Source: a virus
Taxonomy: Duplodnaviria; Caudoviricetes
Reading direction: 5' to 3' (one strand)
Length of the DNA stretch: 24,327 bases
Virus record (IMG/VR): IMGVR_UViG_3300033141_001877
Coordinates: 1-24,327 of that record
Below are positions 16,670 through 24,327 of the stretch, piece after piece (positions within the stretch are counted from its first letter, which is position 1; each line of letters begins with the position of its first letter). A program made the position numbers and the translations under genes. Under the pieces are notes generated by a model, which was not told where the DNA came from, did no database searches, and worked only from the letters and a program-made list of their open reading frames with translations.

Positions 16670-17074
16670 TTAAGCTGCTGCTGCGATTACAAGGGTGTCG
16701 GAAATAACAGCTTCTTTGTTTTTGGTCACATTAAGTTCAATCCCAAACTTTTCAAGGACCATTTCACCGATTTCGGCCTTTGTCAGTTCGTCAAGGGTTT
16801 CCCTGGTGATTGCATCAGGACCAAGATCCGGATCGGATTTTTTATCATTATCGATTGGTTTCAAATCTGGTACTTCTTTTTCTTCTTCAACAAAAACAAA
16901 CCCACCCTGATCACCGAGGACTTTCAGCATGTTAGGATTTTCCGCAAGCATCTTTTTGGCGTCACCGGTTTTAACATGAATCGGATCTTTATTGTTTTTA
17001 AATAGATAGTGTTTGCTCAAATAACCCATTTTAAATGTTATCGGAGCTTTCTTGCCGACATATAGTATTTTCAT
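16670..17074 (-). CDS. Hypothetical protein with a C-terminal Rho_N/HeH-like helical motif
   Basis: 134 aa with an AAGGAGG RBS. C-terminus TRETLDELTKAEIGEMVLEKFGIELNVTKNKEAVI. Such genes often follow capsid genes. Confidence 0.55.
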   Translation of the reverse strand: MKILYVGKKAPITFKMGYLSKHYLFKNNKDPIHVKTGDAKKMLAENPNMLKVLGDQGGFVFVEEEKEVPDLKPIDNDKKSDPDLGPDAITRETLDELTKAEIGEMVLEKFGIELNVTKNKEAVISDTLVIAAAA

Positions 17075-17098
17075 TGCGCGTTCCTCCTTGTTTGATAA

Positions 17099-17119
17099 CG
17101 GGGCGGAATACCCGCCCCG
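17099..17119 (-). other. GC-rich intergenic hairpin after the cement-like gene
   Basis: cggggcgg-aatac-ccgccccg, a perfect 8-bp stem with no U-tract on the minus strand. Confidence 0.6.
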
Positions 17120-17144
17120 GTTAGAATATTATAAAAACAAATAC

Positions 17145-17585
17145 TTAACCTTCGTCACCAATAACGCCGGTCATTTTGTAATACACGTTCATTTTGAGTG
17201 TAACGGTAATCGGCCACACCCCGCCCGCAAGCACAATGTCAATCGTGTCCTCGCCAGTATACTCGTAATTAAAACCTTCAACATGATCGCCATCTGCGAG
17301 CATTGTTTTTGCCGCTGCAGCCGCAACGTCCAAAGCTGCAAAGAATCGATCAGCATTGCCGCCGTCACCGATATTAAGAGTCCTGGAAGCGCCAAAAGCT
17401 TGATATGACAAGTCAATACCAAGAATCTTCATATTATCGAAAACAGGGCACATCTGCACACTATCGGCTATCGCCAATTCTGTGCCTGGTGTAAATTCTA
17501 TTGTGCGGCACAGGACCACACCCGCTAACGAATGATCGGGCATAATTCCTGCTACAACCGCATCAGACTGATAAACTATAGCCAT
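17145..17585 (-). CDS. Putative capsid cement/decoration protein (jelly-roll, Bbp16-like)
   Basis: 146 aa immediately after the major capsid gene, with an AAGGAG RBS. Pattern D.VQM..V...KILGI.L....F....TLNIGDG...DRFFAA.D...YT.EDTIDI. Confidence 0.6.
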   Translation of the reverse strand: MAIVYQSDAVVAGIMPDHSLAGVVLCRTIEFTPGTELAIADSVQMCPVFDNMKILGIDLSYQAFGASRTLNIGDGGNADRFFAALDVAAAAAKTMLADGDHVEGFNYEYTGEDTIDIVLAGGVWPITVTLKMNVYYKMTGVIGDEG

Positions 17586-17619
17586 GATAATTTCTCCTTA
17601 TATGGTTTTCAAGGTTAAT

Positions 17620-17640
17620 CCCCGGTCCTCTATTCCGGGG
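17620..17640 (-). other. Intergenic hairpin after the major capsid gene
   Basis: ccccgg-tcctctatt-ccgggg, with no U-tract. Confidence 0.5.
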
Positions 17641-17658
17641 AATTGAGGTTTTTATGGT

Positions 17659-18744
17659 CTATGCGTTCGGATCTGCGATATAAGTATCAACTGCTATTAC
17701 ACCGAAATCCAAGCTGTTAAACCTGGCCTTGGAACAACCGAACATAGCCCCTGCGGTAATGACAAGAGCGTTACCACGGTCGTCTGTTTCCTCATTCCAG
17801 GAGTAACGGCCAAAGGCTCCGCCTCCGCCCCATGCGATTACAGCCGCCTGTGCGCCTAAGAAAAGCGCTCTTGCAGCATCAACGTCGCTACCTGAACCAT
17901 AATCATCAAAACGAATTACATTTCGGTGTTTATGCAGGATAACGTCGGCGTATTCGCCCAAAGCGTTATGATACAGGTGATTTCCGTCACCGCGCAGGCC
18001 TGCGTTCTTCTGAATATCAACCCAATCATTCTCAGAGGTTGACGTTCTTAGTGAGTAAGCCTGGAAGGTGTGCATAAGGAAGACAAACTTATTCTCTCCC
18101 TGTACGCGGAAAGGCTGGATCATTGGATCGAGAGTTTCAGCTTTTGCGACCAGCTTTTCAACAATTCCCAAAGCCAGGCCATCAGCCGAATCAAGATCGC
18201 CCTTACCGGTAGCAGCGCCGCCATAAATCTGATGTGCTGCGTCCGGGGCTCTTAAACTGTTGTTTGCTCGCCCTGCCCATGAAAGCCCAACATGGAAGGA
18301 AGTATCAACACCACGAGCCCCAGCCAGGTACATCATAAGCTGTTGGTCGTAATCTTCTGCCCACCATGTAGAAAGAGCGTTACGGCCTTCAAGCCGCATA
18401 TTGTAGGGCACTCTCTGCTCTGACATTTTGCCCTTTGATTTCGTGCCTTTACGTCTTTGGCTGATGAAAACAAAATCATTAAAGAATTCCAGCGCTTCCT
18501 CTGCGCTCGTTCCTTCAATTTGATCATCATCCTCAGCACCGTCTCCGCCGAGTTTCATACGCAGGGCAAAGATGATTTTCTCACCAGCCTGCTTATTGAG
18601 CTCAGTTTTGACTTTAATAAGGGCATCGTCGCCCGTACCCATAAACTTGCGGAAATATTGCTTTACTTCCGCTTCTTTGGCAAGGCTGGTTGACCAGCGC
18701 TGAACTGCCAAAGGATCATTTAATGCAAATTCTGTTGCAGCCAT
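17659..18744 (-). CDS. Major capsid protein, N4-gp56 / DUF4043 family
   Basis: 361 aa with family-typical motifs NDPLAVQRWS...YF.KFMG...EL.KQAGE.I.F.L...L.G.G...EG..EEAL.F, MSEQR..YN.R, RALFLGAQA..IAWG and KARFNSLDFGVIAVD. AAGGAG RBS; follows the scaffold gene. Confidence 0.92.
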   Translation of the reverse strand: MAATEFALNDPLAVQRWSTSLAKEAEVKQYFRKFMGTGDDALIKVKTELNKQAGEKIIFALRMKLGGDGAEDDDQIEGTSAEEALEFFNDFVFISQRRKGTKSKGKMSEQRVPYNMRLEGRNALSTWWAEDYDQQLMMYLAGARGVDTSFHVGLSWAGRANNSLRAPDAAHQIYGGAATGKGDLDSADGLALGIVEKLVAKAETLDPMIQPFRVQGENKFVFLMHTFQAYSLRTSTSENDWVDIQKNAGLRGDGNHLYHNALGEYADVILHKHRNVIRFDDYGSGSDVDAARALFLGAQAAVIAWGGGGAFGRYSWNEETDDRGNALVITAGAMFGCSKARFNSLDFGVIAVDTYIADPNA

Positions 18745-18767
18745 AATATTTCTCCTTTACGCCGCAG

Positions 18768-19907
18768 CTATCCGCCTAAAGCTTTACGTTCCGCATCGGG
18801 AGACATTTTGTGGAAATCCCCTTCCGAAAGGTTTGTCTTGTCGTCAATTTCCCCACCTTCTCCCGGTATATTGCCTATAAAGCGGCCATCACCGCGTGCG
18901 GTTTCTTGAAATTTCTGTAAGAACTCCTTGTTTTCTTCTTTTACCTCTGCCTCAACTTCTTTCCTTATTGTGGCTCGCAGAGTAGCACTTTCATTCTTCG
19001 CGACCATAGACTTGTTGATAAATGTCACAAGAGAAGCTGCACCTTCACCCATAAGAAAGGCTTTTTTGCTTCCTGGGAGTATAAATTTCGTGGCAGGGTT
19101 GGTCATGGCATTGAGATATGCAGCGTTAAAACCACTTTCCTCTGCATACTCTACAAGATTATTCATAACCTCTTTGCCTTCATCATATATTCCCGGAACG
19201 GCTGTTTCAATTTCAGCAACAACTTTATTAATATTTCCAATCTCGGCTTGTTCTGCCTTGGTTCGATTGTCTTTCGTTGTTTTATCAGCACGGTCCTTGC
19301 CTTCCTGTTGCCTGAGCTTTCGCTCATAGAGTGTTGCAGCGTCAGGATCTTCCTCTAAAAGTTCCTCAAATTCATCATCAGACAAATCTTTTAGGTCCTC
19401 TTTCTCAATTTCATCACCTTCAGGCTTGAGTTCCCCTGTGCCTTCTTCAATTAGTGCCTGAAGTGTCTCGATTTCACCTTTCAGCTCTAAAACTGTCCGT
19501 CGCTCCTTTTGAAGCGCAGGTAATGCGACAAAGCCTTTTGGCGGAGGTTTGGAATAGTCGGGCGGTTCCTCTTCCTCTGCGGGCTTGCCTTCGCCTTCAA
19601 TCGGTTTTGCTTCCCCTTCTATTACAGGGGCCTTAACCTCTCCGGCTTCACCTGGCTTTGCTTCGTCAGGTTTTTTTGCTTCTGCGCCTTCCTCTTTGGG
19701 TTTGGCTTTGTCGTCTATCGACTTGGAGCTGGCCGGTTTTTCCTCCGGTGACGGTTCCTCTCCCTTAAGTTCAGACTCGGACACTGATTCATTGTCGAAA
19801 AGTGAGTCAAACTTAATCGGCTTACCTTGATCTGTTGGTAAATCGGTTATGTTTGTCGGACTTGCCTCTGCCTCTTTTACGATTACTGCTGCTTCTGCGT
19901 CTGCCAT
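18768..19907 (-). CDS. Capsid scaffolding protein
   Basis: 379 aa, highly acidic Glu/Lys/Pro-rich N-terminus, VALPALQKERR coiled-coil motif, C-terminal SEGDFHKMSPDAERKALG helix. Directly upstream of the capsid gene with an AGGAGG RBS. Confidence 0.8.
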   Translation of the reverse strand: MADAEAAVIVKEAEASPTNITDLPTDQGKPIKFDSLFDNESVSESELKGEEPSPEEKPASSKSIDDKAKPKEEGAEAKKPDEAKPGEAGEVKAPVIEGEAKPIEGEGKPAEEEEPPDYSKPPPKGFVALPALQKERRTVLELKGEIETLQALIEEGTGELKPEGDEIEKEDLKDLSDDEFEELLEEDPDAATLYERKLRQQEGKDRADKTTKDNRTKAEQAEIGNINKVVAEIETAVPGIYDEGKEVMNNLVEYAEESGFNAAYLNAMTNPATKFILPGSKKAFLMGEGAASLVTFINKSMVAKNESATLRATIRKEVEAEVKEENKEFLQKFQETARGDGRFIGNIPGEGGEIDDKTNLSEGDFHKMSPDAERKALGG

Positions 19908-19923
19908 TACATCCTCCTGTTTA

Positions 19924-20004
19924 GGTCATTGGACGAGTGACCCCTGCCGTTATCGATGGACAGGTCAACGAATTATATACTTCAGACCGTTTTTCGTTAC
20001 GGCC
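19924..20004 (-). promoter_or_regulatory. Structured 5' leader of the scaffold gene (three short hairpins)
   Basis: On the minus strand: GGCCGU-aacgaaaa-ACGGUC, CCUGUC-caucgauaac-GGCAGG and GGUCA-cucguccaa-UGACC, ending 5 nt before the RBS. Confidence 0.5.
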
Positions 20005-20012
20005 AACGATGC

Positions 20013-20068
20013 AAAATAAAAAAGCCCCATCAAATAAAAATCGTTAGAATTTTATCCGAGGAGGCTTT
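20013..20068 (-). terminator. Long-stem intrinsic terminator/attenuator candidate between the accessory cluster and the scaffold gene
   Basis: Minus-strand AAAGCCUCCUCGGAUAAAA pairs with UUUUAUUUGAUGGGGCUUU (about 18 bp including G-U pairs, one mismatch) and runs into UUUUUUAUUUU. Confidence 0.6.
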
Positions 20069-20159
20069 ATGCGTTTTCGGCTTGGCCCGTAGTGCTCAAC
20101 CTAATGCGATCCATGTTAATAAGGTTCGAGGTTACAGGTGTTATGTGTTTATTTTTAAG

Positions 20160-20912
20160 TCATGAGTTCCTATCGTCAAAGTATTTGTGTGCAAATATCT
20201 TCCTTCCGCCAACATCAAACAGCGGGTTTTCGTTTATATAGTTAAACGGAATTTTATTCTTTAGTAAAAAAGCCCTGGCTTCGTTCTCGAAGTTCCCGCT
20301 TCTACAGGTCCATATTATAATAATGTTTTCCTGGTTTTGCCATAAGAGCTTGATCTTATTCACCGTTTCCGGGATAACCGGCCCAATCGTAGGAAAGTCG
20401 TTTTCAACAATGGTACCGTCAAAGTCAAACGCGTAAAACTTATATCTTTCTGGTCCTGTGTAGATTACGTCAAAACCTTCATCAAGAGACGGCTTTTCAT
20501 AGTTGTTAGACATAGTATGGAATACAGTCTCCCAGGTTGCTGCGGGGATCCCGTTAGAATCATCCTGTCTGCGTTCTAAGCACTCTGGATAGCCTGGTCC
20601 CCAATCATAAGCTATAATCTTACAACCGAATCGGTTGCCATACTCAACATACCTGGCTCGCCTTGCTTTATCCATATTGGTACGATCAACGACAACATCA
20701 TTCCCGGTCCTTAGCGCCGGTAAAATGGCCGTCGCTTCTATATTTTGGTAAATCTCCTTCGTTTTATAATCATATAGCCCATATTCGCCACCCCCGACCA
20801 TTTGTTGAATCGAATCCATATTGACTATAACGTCTCCATCTTTGGCGAATCTGTTTGCCAGTACTGATTTACCGCTGCCTATATTACCAATAAAGACATT
20901 TAATGTACTCAA
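20160..20912 (-). CDS. Polynucleotide kinase/phosphatase-like protein (AAA_33 P-loop kinase + HAD phosphatase)
   Basis: Walker A GNIGSGKS, VVVDRTNM...R, HAD motif FDFDGT, IIIWTCR and YFDDR. TTG start overlaps the previous stop, with GGGGAG upstream. Confidence 0.8.
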   Translation of the reverse strand: MSTLNVFIGNIGSGKSVLANRFAKDGDVIVNMDSIQQMVGGGEYGLYDYKTKEIYQNIEATAILPALRTGNDVVVDRTNMDKARRARYVEYGNRFGCKIIAYDWGPGYPECLERRQDDSNGIPAATWETVFHTMSNNYEKPSLDEGFDVIYTGPERYKFYAFDFDGTIVENDFPTIGPVIPETVNKIKLLWQNQENIIIIWTCRSGNFENEARAFLLKNKIPFNYINENPLFDVGGRKIFAHKYFDDRNS

Positions 20913-21007
20913 ACTTTCTCCCCTTTTTCAAACTTTTCAAGCAGCTTCACAAGGTGTAAGGCTATTCTTTTTAATATCTTAACGATTGTTTTTGTTTCTT
21001 CAGTCAT
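20909..21007 (-). CDS. 32-aa amphipathic helical peptide (absent from the ORF track)
   Basis: Read by hand: MTEETKTIVKILKRIALHLVKLLEKFEKGEKV. Coupled at both ends (TAATG and TTGA). Confidence 0.65.
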   Translation of the reverse strand: MTEETKTIVKILKRIALHLVKLLEKFEKGEKV

Positions 21008-21288
21008 TATATTACCCGAATTAGGTGCTTTTTATCTTTTCCCATAATTGCGTCAAAGTATGAATTGGACTTCGCTTCTTTATAAAAAGATTTAGACCAG
21101 ACTTTCGCTGCGAGCTTGTTATTAACCGCTACGACTCCATAATCTTTATTGTTGAACCTGACCTTCCCGGGACCTGTGATTACACCTCCGGCAATAACAG
21201 GCTTAGGAGCTGCAAGCAACGCCTTTGGAGCGACCAGGGCGAGCCCGGCTAAAACTCCAAGTTTTTTAAGAAAGATTCGTCTATTCAT
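21007..21288 (-). CDS. Tat-signal protein carrying circularly permuted major-capsid fragments
   Basis: MNRRIFLKKLGVLAGLALVAPKALLA is an RRxFLK twin-arginine signal. The remainder aligns without gaps to the capsid C-terminus and then the capsid N-terminus (see findings). Coupled at both ends. Confidence 0.75.
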   Translation of the reverse strand: MNRRIFLKKLGVLAGLALVAPKALLAAPKPVIAGGVITGPGKVRFNNKDYGVVAVNNKLAAKVWSKSFYKEAKSNSYFDAIMGKDKKHLIRVI

Positions 21289-21581
21289 TTACTTACAACC
21301 TTGATATCAGGTTTCTTTTCTTCCTCTTTCTTTTTAATGTTCACATCAACCAGGGTAGCCGTGAATCTCAACCGTGAAACGTTCGTAACTGAAACTTCAT
21401 AGACGAACGGGCCGATGGTAAGTTGTAATCCAACCGGAGGAACGAAAGCCTGCTTTTCCTTTAAGGGAAGGCTTAGAAGCTCCTTTATTCGCAGTTTAGC
21501 GTTCAAAGGTACATTGTCGGCCTCTTTGATCTTTAACGATTCCTGCTTACCGCTGCCTATGATCTTATTCTCTGGTTCCAT
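21285..21581 (-). CDS. Hypothetical protein
   Basis: 98-aa ORF with a GAGGT RBS, coupled to the next gene by ATGA. Confidence 0.65.
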   Translation of the reverse strand: MEPENKIIGSGKQESLKIKEADNVPLNAKLRIKELLSLPLKEKQAFVPPVGLQLTIGPFVYEVSVTNVSRLRFTATLVDVNIKKKEEEKKPDIKVVSK

Positions 21582-21590
21582 TATCTAACC

Positions 21591-21746
21591 TCATTTTGGA
21601 ATAACTATGTGGTATTCCTTGTGGATTGGATTATACCACGCATCTGCCTTATAGAAGGTCGGCATGTCTGCAATATACATAAGAACGTATGCAGACCCGC
21701 AAAAGACAATGATGAATAGTGTGTATTTAATAAATTTACTAACCAT
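21591..21746 (-). CDS. Small single-TM protein (51 aa)
   Basis: Start reassigned to ATG 21746 (MVSKFIKYTLFIIVFCGSAYVLMYIAD), which overlaps the end of the previous gene by only 8 nt. Confidence 0.55.
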   Translation of the reverse strand: MVSKFIKYTLFIIVFCGSAYVLMYIADMPTFYKADAWYNPIHKEYHIVIPK

Positions 21747-21963
21747 TCTTTTTCCCAAACCTCTGATCAAACCATTCAGGGGATCCGGGCGAGGCCGGGA
21801 AGGTATCATCGTACTTATCCCGGAAAGATCCTGTATTGTCAGATCTGAATCTTTCAGAAAAGCACCTGAAATCCCTGCCGTTTGGAAATATTCTTTGACT
21901 GCGCATTTCCTTGTCGGCCTGTTTCTCAAAAGCCACATCTTCTGCCGCTGTTAATTGTCTCAT
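21739..21963 (-). CDS. Hypothetical protein (74 aa)
   Basis: Strong GGAGG RBS and TAATG coupling to the upstream peptide gene. Confidence 0.65.
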   Translation of the reverse strand: MRQLTAAEDVAFEKQADKEMRSQRIFPNGRDFRCFSERFRSDNTGSFRDKYDDTFPASPGSPEWFDQRFGKKNG

Positions 21964-22058
21964 TAAATTCCTCCCCTAAATACAAGCTGCGCGATACCAA
22001 ACAGTATCAATGCAAACAAAAAGCCCACTGCAAAGTCTATCAATTTGGTCCAGCTCAT
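21963..22058 (-). CDS. 31-aa single-TM peptide (absent from the ORF track)
   Basis: Read by hand: MSWTKLIDFAVGFLFALILFGIAQLVFRGGI. The ATG overlaps the portal stop (ATGA) and the TAA overlaps the next ATG. Confidence 0.65.
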   Translation of the reverse strand: MSWTKLIDFAVGFLFALILFGIAQLVFRGGI

Positions 22059-24109
22059 TGAATAGCCCCCTGGGGTTTAGATATGTGCTCTAATGCTTTC
22101 TGTGTCATTTCAAAGCCTTTCGCGATTGCATCCACCCTGAATTGATCACCTTTGAGCTTCGCTTCTTCCATATCTATTTTGGCATCTATTAATATTTTCT
22201 GTATTTTGGCCTTAAGCTCAATATTTTCAAGTTGTTTTTGGTTCAGTTCCAGGTGGATACCAGCCTTCTGAAGTTGCTCGGCTTCCTGTTGTTTCTTTTG
22301 AGCCGCCTCCATTTGTTTCTGATTTCTATCCTTAATTTCTTCTGGCGTCAAGTCTTCATCCTCATACTTCTCACCTAACAATGGTTTAATCTTAGCAAGT
22401 AGCATATCTTTGTTTGGAATATTAGACATTTCGAACGCCATGGACATCAATTGAGGGATGATTTCCGGGGGAGATTTCTTGACCCACTCAATAATCAAGT
22501 TCATGTTTTGTTCACGGACAGTATCGCTCTGTGGTTGATCTGATATGACCGTATCATACTTGCCCTGAGTGATATCATTCCGAATTGTAATCTGTTTATT
22601 CTCGCCAATAACCTTTTGATTAAGCTGAACAAATCTTTCAGCGCCACTTAATCTATCGGTTATCCTCAACACCTTTGGAGCAGACCAAAATCCTTGAACA
22701 TTGGCCACTACCTGCTCACCAATCATGTGTAAGGATCTGCGCTTATTATCAAATAAAGTAGCTGTTGTGGTTGCGCCCTGGGTAATTTTCTTTTCAAGGG
22801 CTATACCGGAAAGTGCAGGCGTTTTAAATCCAGAGCTTTCACTGTTGGCCCCGGACATTTCCTGGATCTCTCGTTCATCCTGCTGTAAGATTGCGGTCTG
22901 TGAGGGTGCAAGTTCAGCTTGTTCGTGAATCTTTATTTTATCTATCATTCCTTTTTTAACAACAACAAAGCCGTCTAACTTGTTTGCTTCTTCATAAACT
23001 CGCTGCAGGCCGTCTTTATCCTTTGCAACACCTTCCTCTACCGTTACTCTCCTGGATTTTAGGAAAGCAAGCGCCATGGACCGTCTTTTATTAACTTCTT
23101 CATCCTGGCCCATTATTTGTTTTGGCACTCCGTATGGAGTATTAAACCTGTCAATATATCCAAGGAAGGGAATAAACGGATATTCATCATGCGGGAACGG
23201 TGAGCGCTGTTGCATTAATATTAAATCATCAATGAAGGTACAGACATACATTTTCTTAACTGTTGCCATAACGACCTGTTGCGCCTGTTGAACGATTTGG
23301 AATTGTTCGTTCAGATCTAATTCATCCAACTCGATCACGGTACCGTCCAAGAAGGATGCAAACGTCCGCGTTTCGTCCATAGGATACCACATTTCTACAG
23401 GCCTTACCCTTTTCCTCTCTGCCTCAACCCAACCGGATCCGGCCATTTGTCGCCTGTTTTCTTCGATATAGCTTGCTTCATCATCAAAAAAAGAGCTGTA
23501 TGTGTCTGACTGTGCGCCTGATAGCTCGTCAAACTTGGCTTGAAGCGCTTGTGACTTCTCTTTAAACATCGCCTTAACAGAGGAAAGGTCAACCCAACGC
23601 TGTTGAAAGACATATTTTGTGGAATCAGGGCTCCACCATGGCGGAGAAAAAGGATCTCCCCACATTTCTTTCCAATCACGGTACTTAAGGGTAATCTTTT
23701 CCTTGCGAGGATCACGGTTAAGAGTTGGAGACAGACAGCCAAAGCCAGGTATAATCTGATCTTTAAAGGCCTGGGATATAAGATATGTGCCGCTGCATTG
23801 ATCCATTATAAACTTAATGCTCTCGGTCATTATCTGAGATACTTCGGAATCTTTGATCGTCCTGGCCTTCGCCGTGATATCATATTTATTGATAGCTTCA
23901 TATCCCAACAATAGATTGACCGCAGGAAATGTTCTATTAATGGTGACAGGATCGATCCCAGCATCAATGGCAGCGTCATAATCCTCTTGCGTCCATTGAG
24001 CCTTACCACCATCATACATTTCTGAACAACGCCATGCTTGCGCTCTCCAATCCCTTGCCGCCCATTGAGCTTCTTGGACCCATGTATTTAATGTTGCTAT
24101 TTCAATCAT
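22055..24109 (-). CDS. Portal protein, P22-like
   Basis: 684 aa directly after the terminase. Motifs WR......Y.G..QW, P.TINR..P.VN...G, AF.D.II.GFG, YPFIPF.G, PYGV......Q.EVNKRRS, SGIA, NDITQGKYD.VI...P...TVR, and a C-terminal Gln-rich barrel helix. Confidence 0.92.
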   Translation of the reverse strand: MIEIATLNTWVQEAQWAARDWRAQAWRCSEMYDGGKAQWTQEDYDAAIDAGIDPVTINRTFPAVNLLLGYEAINKYDITAKARTIKDSEVSQIMTESIKFIMDQCSGTYLISQAFKDQIIPGFGCLSPTLNRDPRKEKITLKYRDWKEMWGDPFSPPWWSPDSTKYVFQQRWVDLSSVKAMFKEKSQALQAKFDELSGAQSDTYSSFFDDEASYIEENRRQMAGSGWVEAERKRVRPVEMWYPMDETRTFASFLDGTVIELDELDLNEQFQIVQQAQQVVMATVKKMYVCTFIDDLILMQQRSPFPHDEYPFIPFLGYIDRFNTPYGVPKQIMGQDEEVNKRRSMALAFLKSRRVTVEEGVAKDKDGLQRVYEEANKLDGFVVVKKGMIDKIKIHEQAELAPSQTAILQQDEREIQEMSGANSESSGFKTPALSGIALEKKITQGATTTATLFDNKRRSLHMIGEQVVANVQGFWSAPKVLRITDRLSGAERFVQLNQKVIGENKQITIRNDITQGKYDTVISDQPQSDTVREQNMNLIIEWVKKSPPEIIPQLMSMAFEMSNIPNKDMLLAKIKPLLGEKYEDEDLTPEEIKDRNQKQMEAAQKKQQEAEQLQKAGIHLELNQKQLENIELKAKIQKILIDAKIDMEEAKLKGDQFRVDAIAKGFEMTQKALEHISKPQGAIQ

Positions 24110-24327
24110 TATGCTGCTCTTTTTCTTTTAGGTGAAAAGTCTGCCGCAGTATTTGCAAACTCATGTGCTACTGCCATGGTTATAAACGCATCAGCCGGGT
24201 TACTGGACCAATTGTGATAAGGTTTGTCTCGATATGTGCCGCGCTTATCGTCCCATTCTCTGCGATCGTTCTCTAAAGCCTTAATTCCGGCTGCGCAGTT
24301 CTTCTCATGGAAGATACAGTGAGGCAG
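24109..24327 (-). CDS. terL: Terminase large subunit, C-terminal end (partial)
   Basis: Read by hand: LPHCIFHEKNCAAGIKALENDRREWDDKRGTYRDKPYHNWSSNPADAFITMAV...RAA*. It matches the TerL nuclease tail (G...L...R.EWD.K.G.....P.H.WSS..ADAF), and the stop overlaps the portal ATG. Confidence 0.85.
   Translation of the reverse strand: MPHCIFHEKNCAAGIKALENDRREWDDKRGTYRDKPYHNWSSNPADAFITMAVAHEFANTAADFSPKRKRAA

Noticed and set aside
19956-20165. 69-aa plus-strand ORF in the scaffold leader
   Set aside because: It opposes the operon, has no clear RBS or motif, and the region is better explained by RNA structures on the minus strand.
21747-21938. Long N-terminal extension of the 115-aa ORF 21591-21938
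   Set aside because: It would overlap almost all of the well-supported 74-aa gene. The internal ATG at 21746 gives a normally coupled TM protein.
1-24327. Stop-codon reassignment (alternative genetic code)
   Set aside because: Standard code 11 gives full-length genes and dense tiling, and TAA, TAG and TGA all serve as stops at gene boundaries.
1-24327. tRNA, rRNA, integrase/att site or IS element
   Set aside because: None was recognised. The non-coding gaps are short and showed no cloverleaf or terminal inverted repeats by eye. Whether this is a prophage or a free phage cannot be decided from this window.

Overview
This window is the virion-morphogenesis operon of a tailed (podovirus-like) phage or prophage. 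It is almost entirely on the minus strand, with tight TAATG/ATGA coupling between genes. In transcription order: terminase large subunit (3' end), P22-like portal, a cluster of small accessory genes including a kinase-phosphatase, scaffold, N4-gp56-type major capsid protein, cement-like protein, head-tail adaptor, a 14-aa-repeat fibre-like protein, two paralogous adaptor/ring proteins, tail nozzle, small membrane proteins, putative ejection proteins, a GNAT-like protein, and a large polyvalent protein with an inorganic pyrophosphatase domain. Three observations stand out. (1) Three consecutive core tail proteins each begin with a 20-aa Sec/SPI-type signal peptide. (2) A 93-aa gene encodes a twin-arginine (Tat) signal fused to the capsid protein's C-terminal segment followed by its N-terminal segment, i.e. 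a circularly permuted capsid fragment. (3) A complete zinc-finger/HNH/HTH endonuclease gene lies antisense and in codon register inside the polyvalent protein gene without breaking its frame. Family assignments come from motif recognition and gene order only; no searches were run, and the host cannot be identified from this window.
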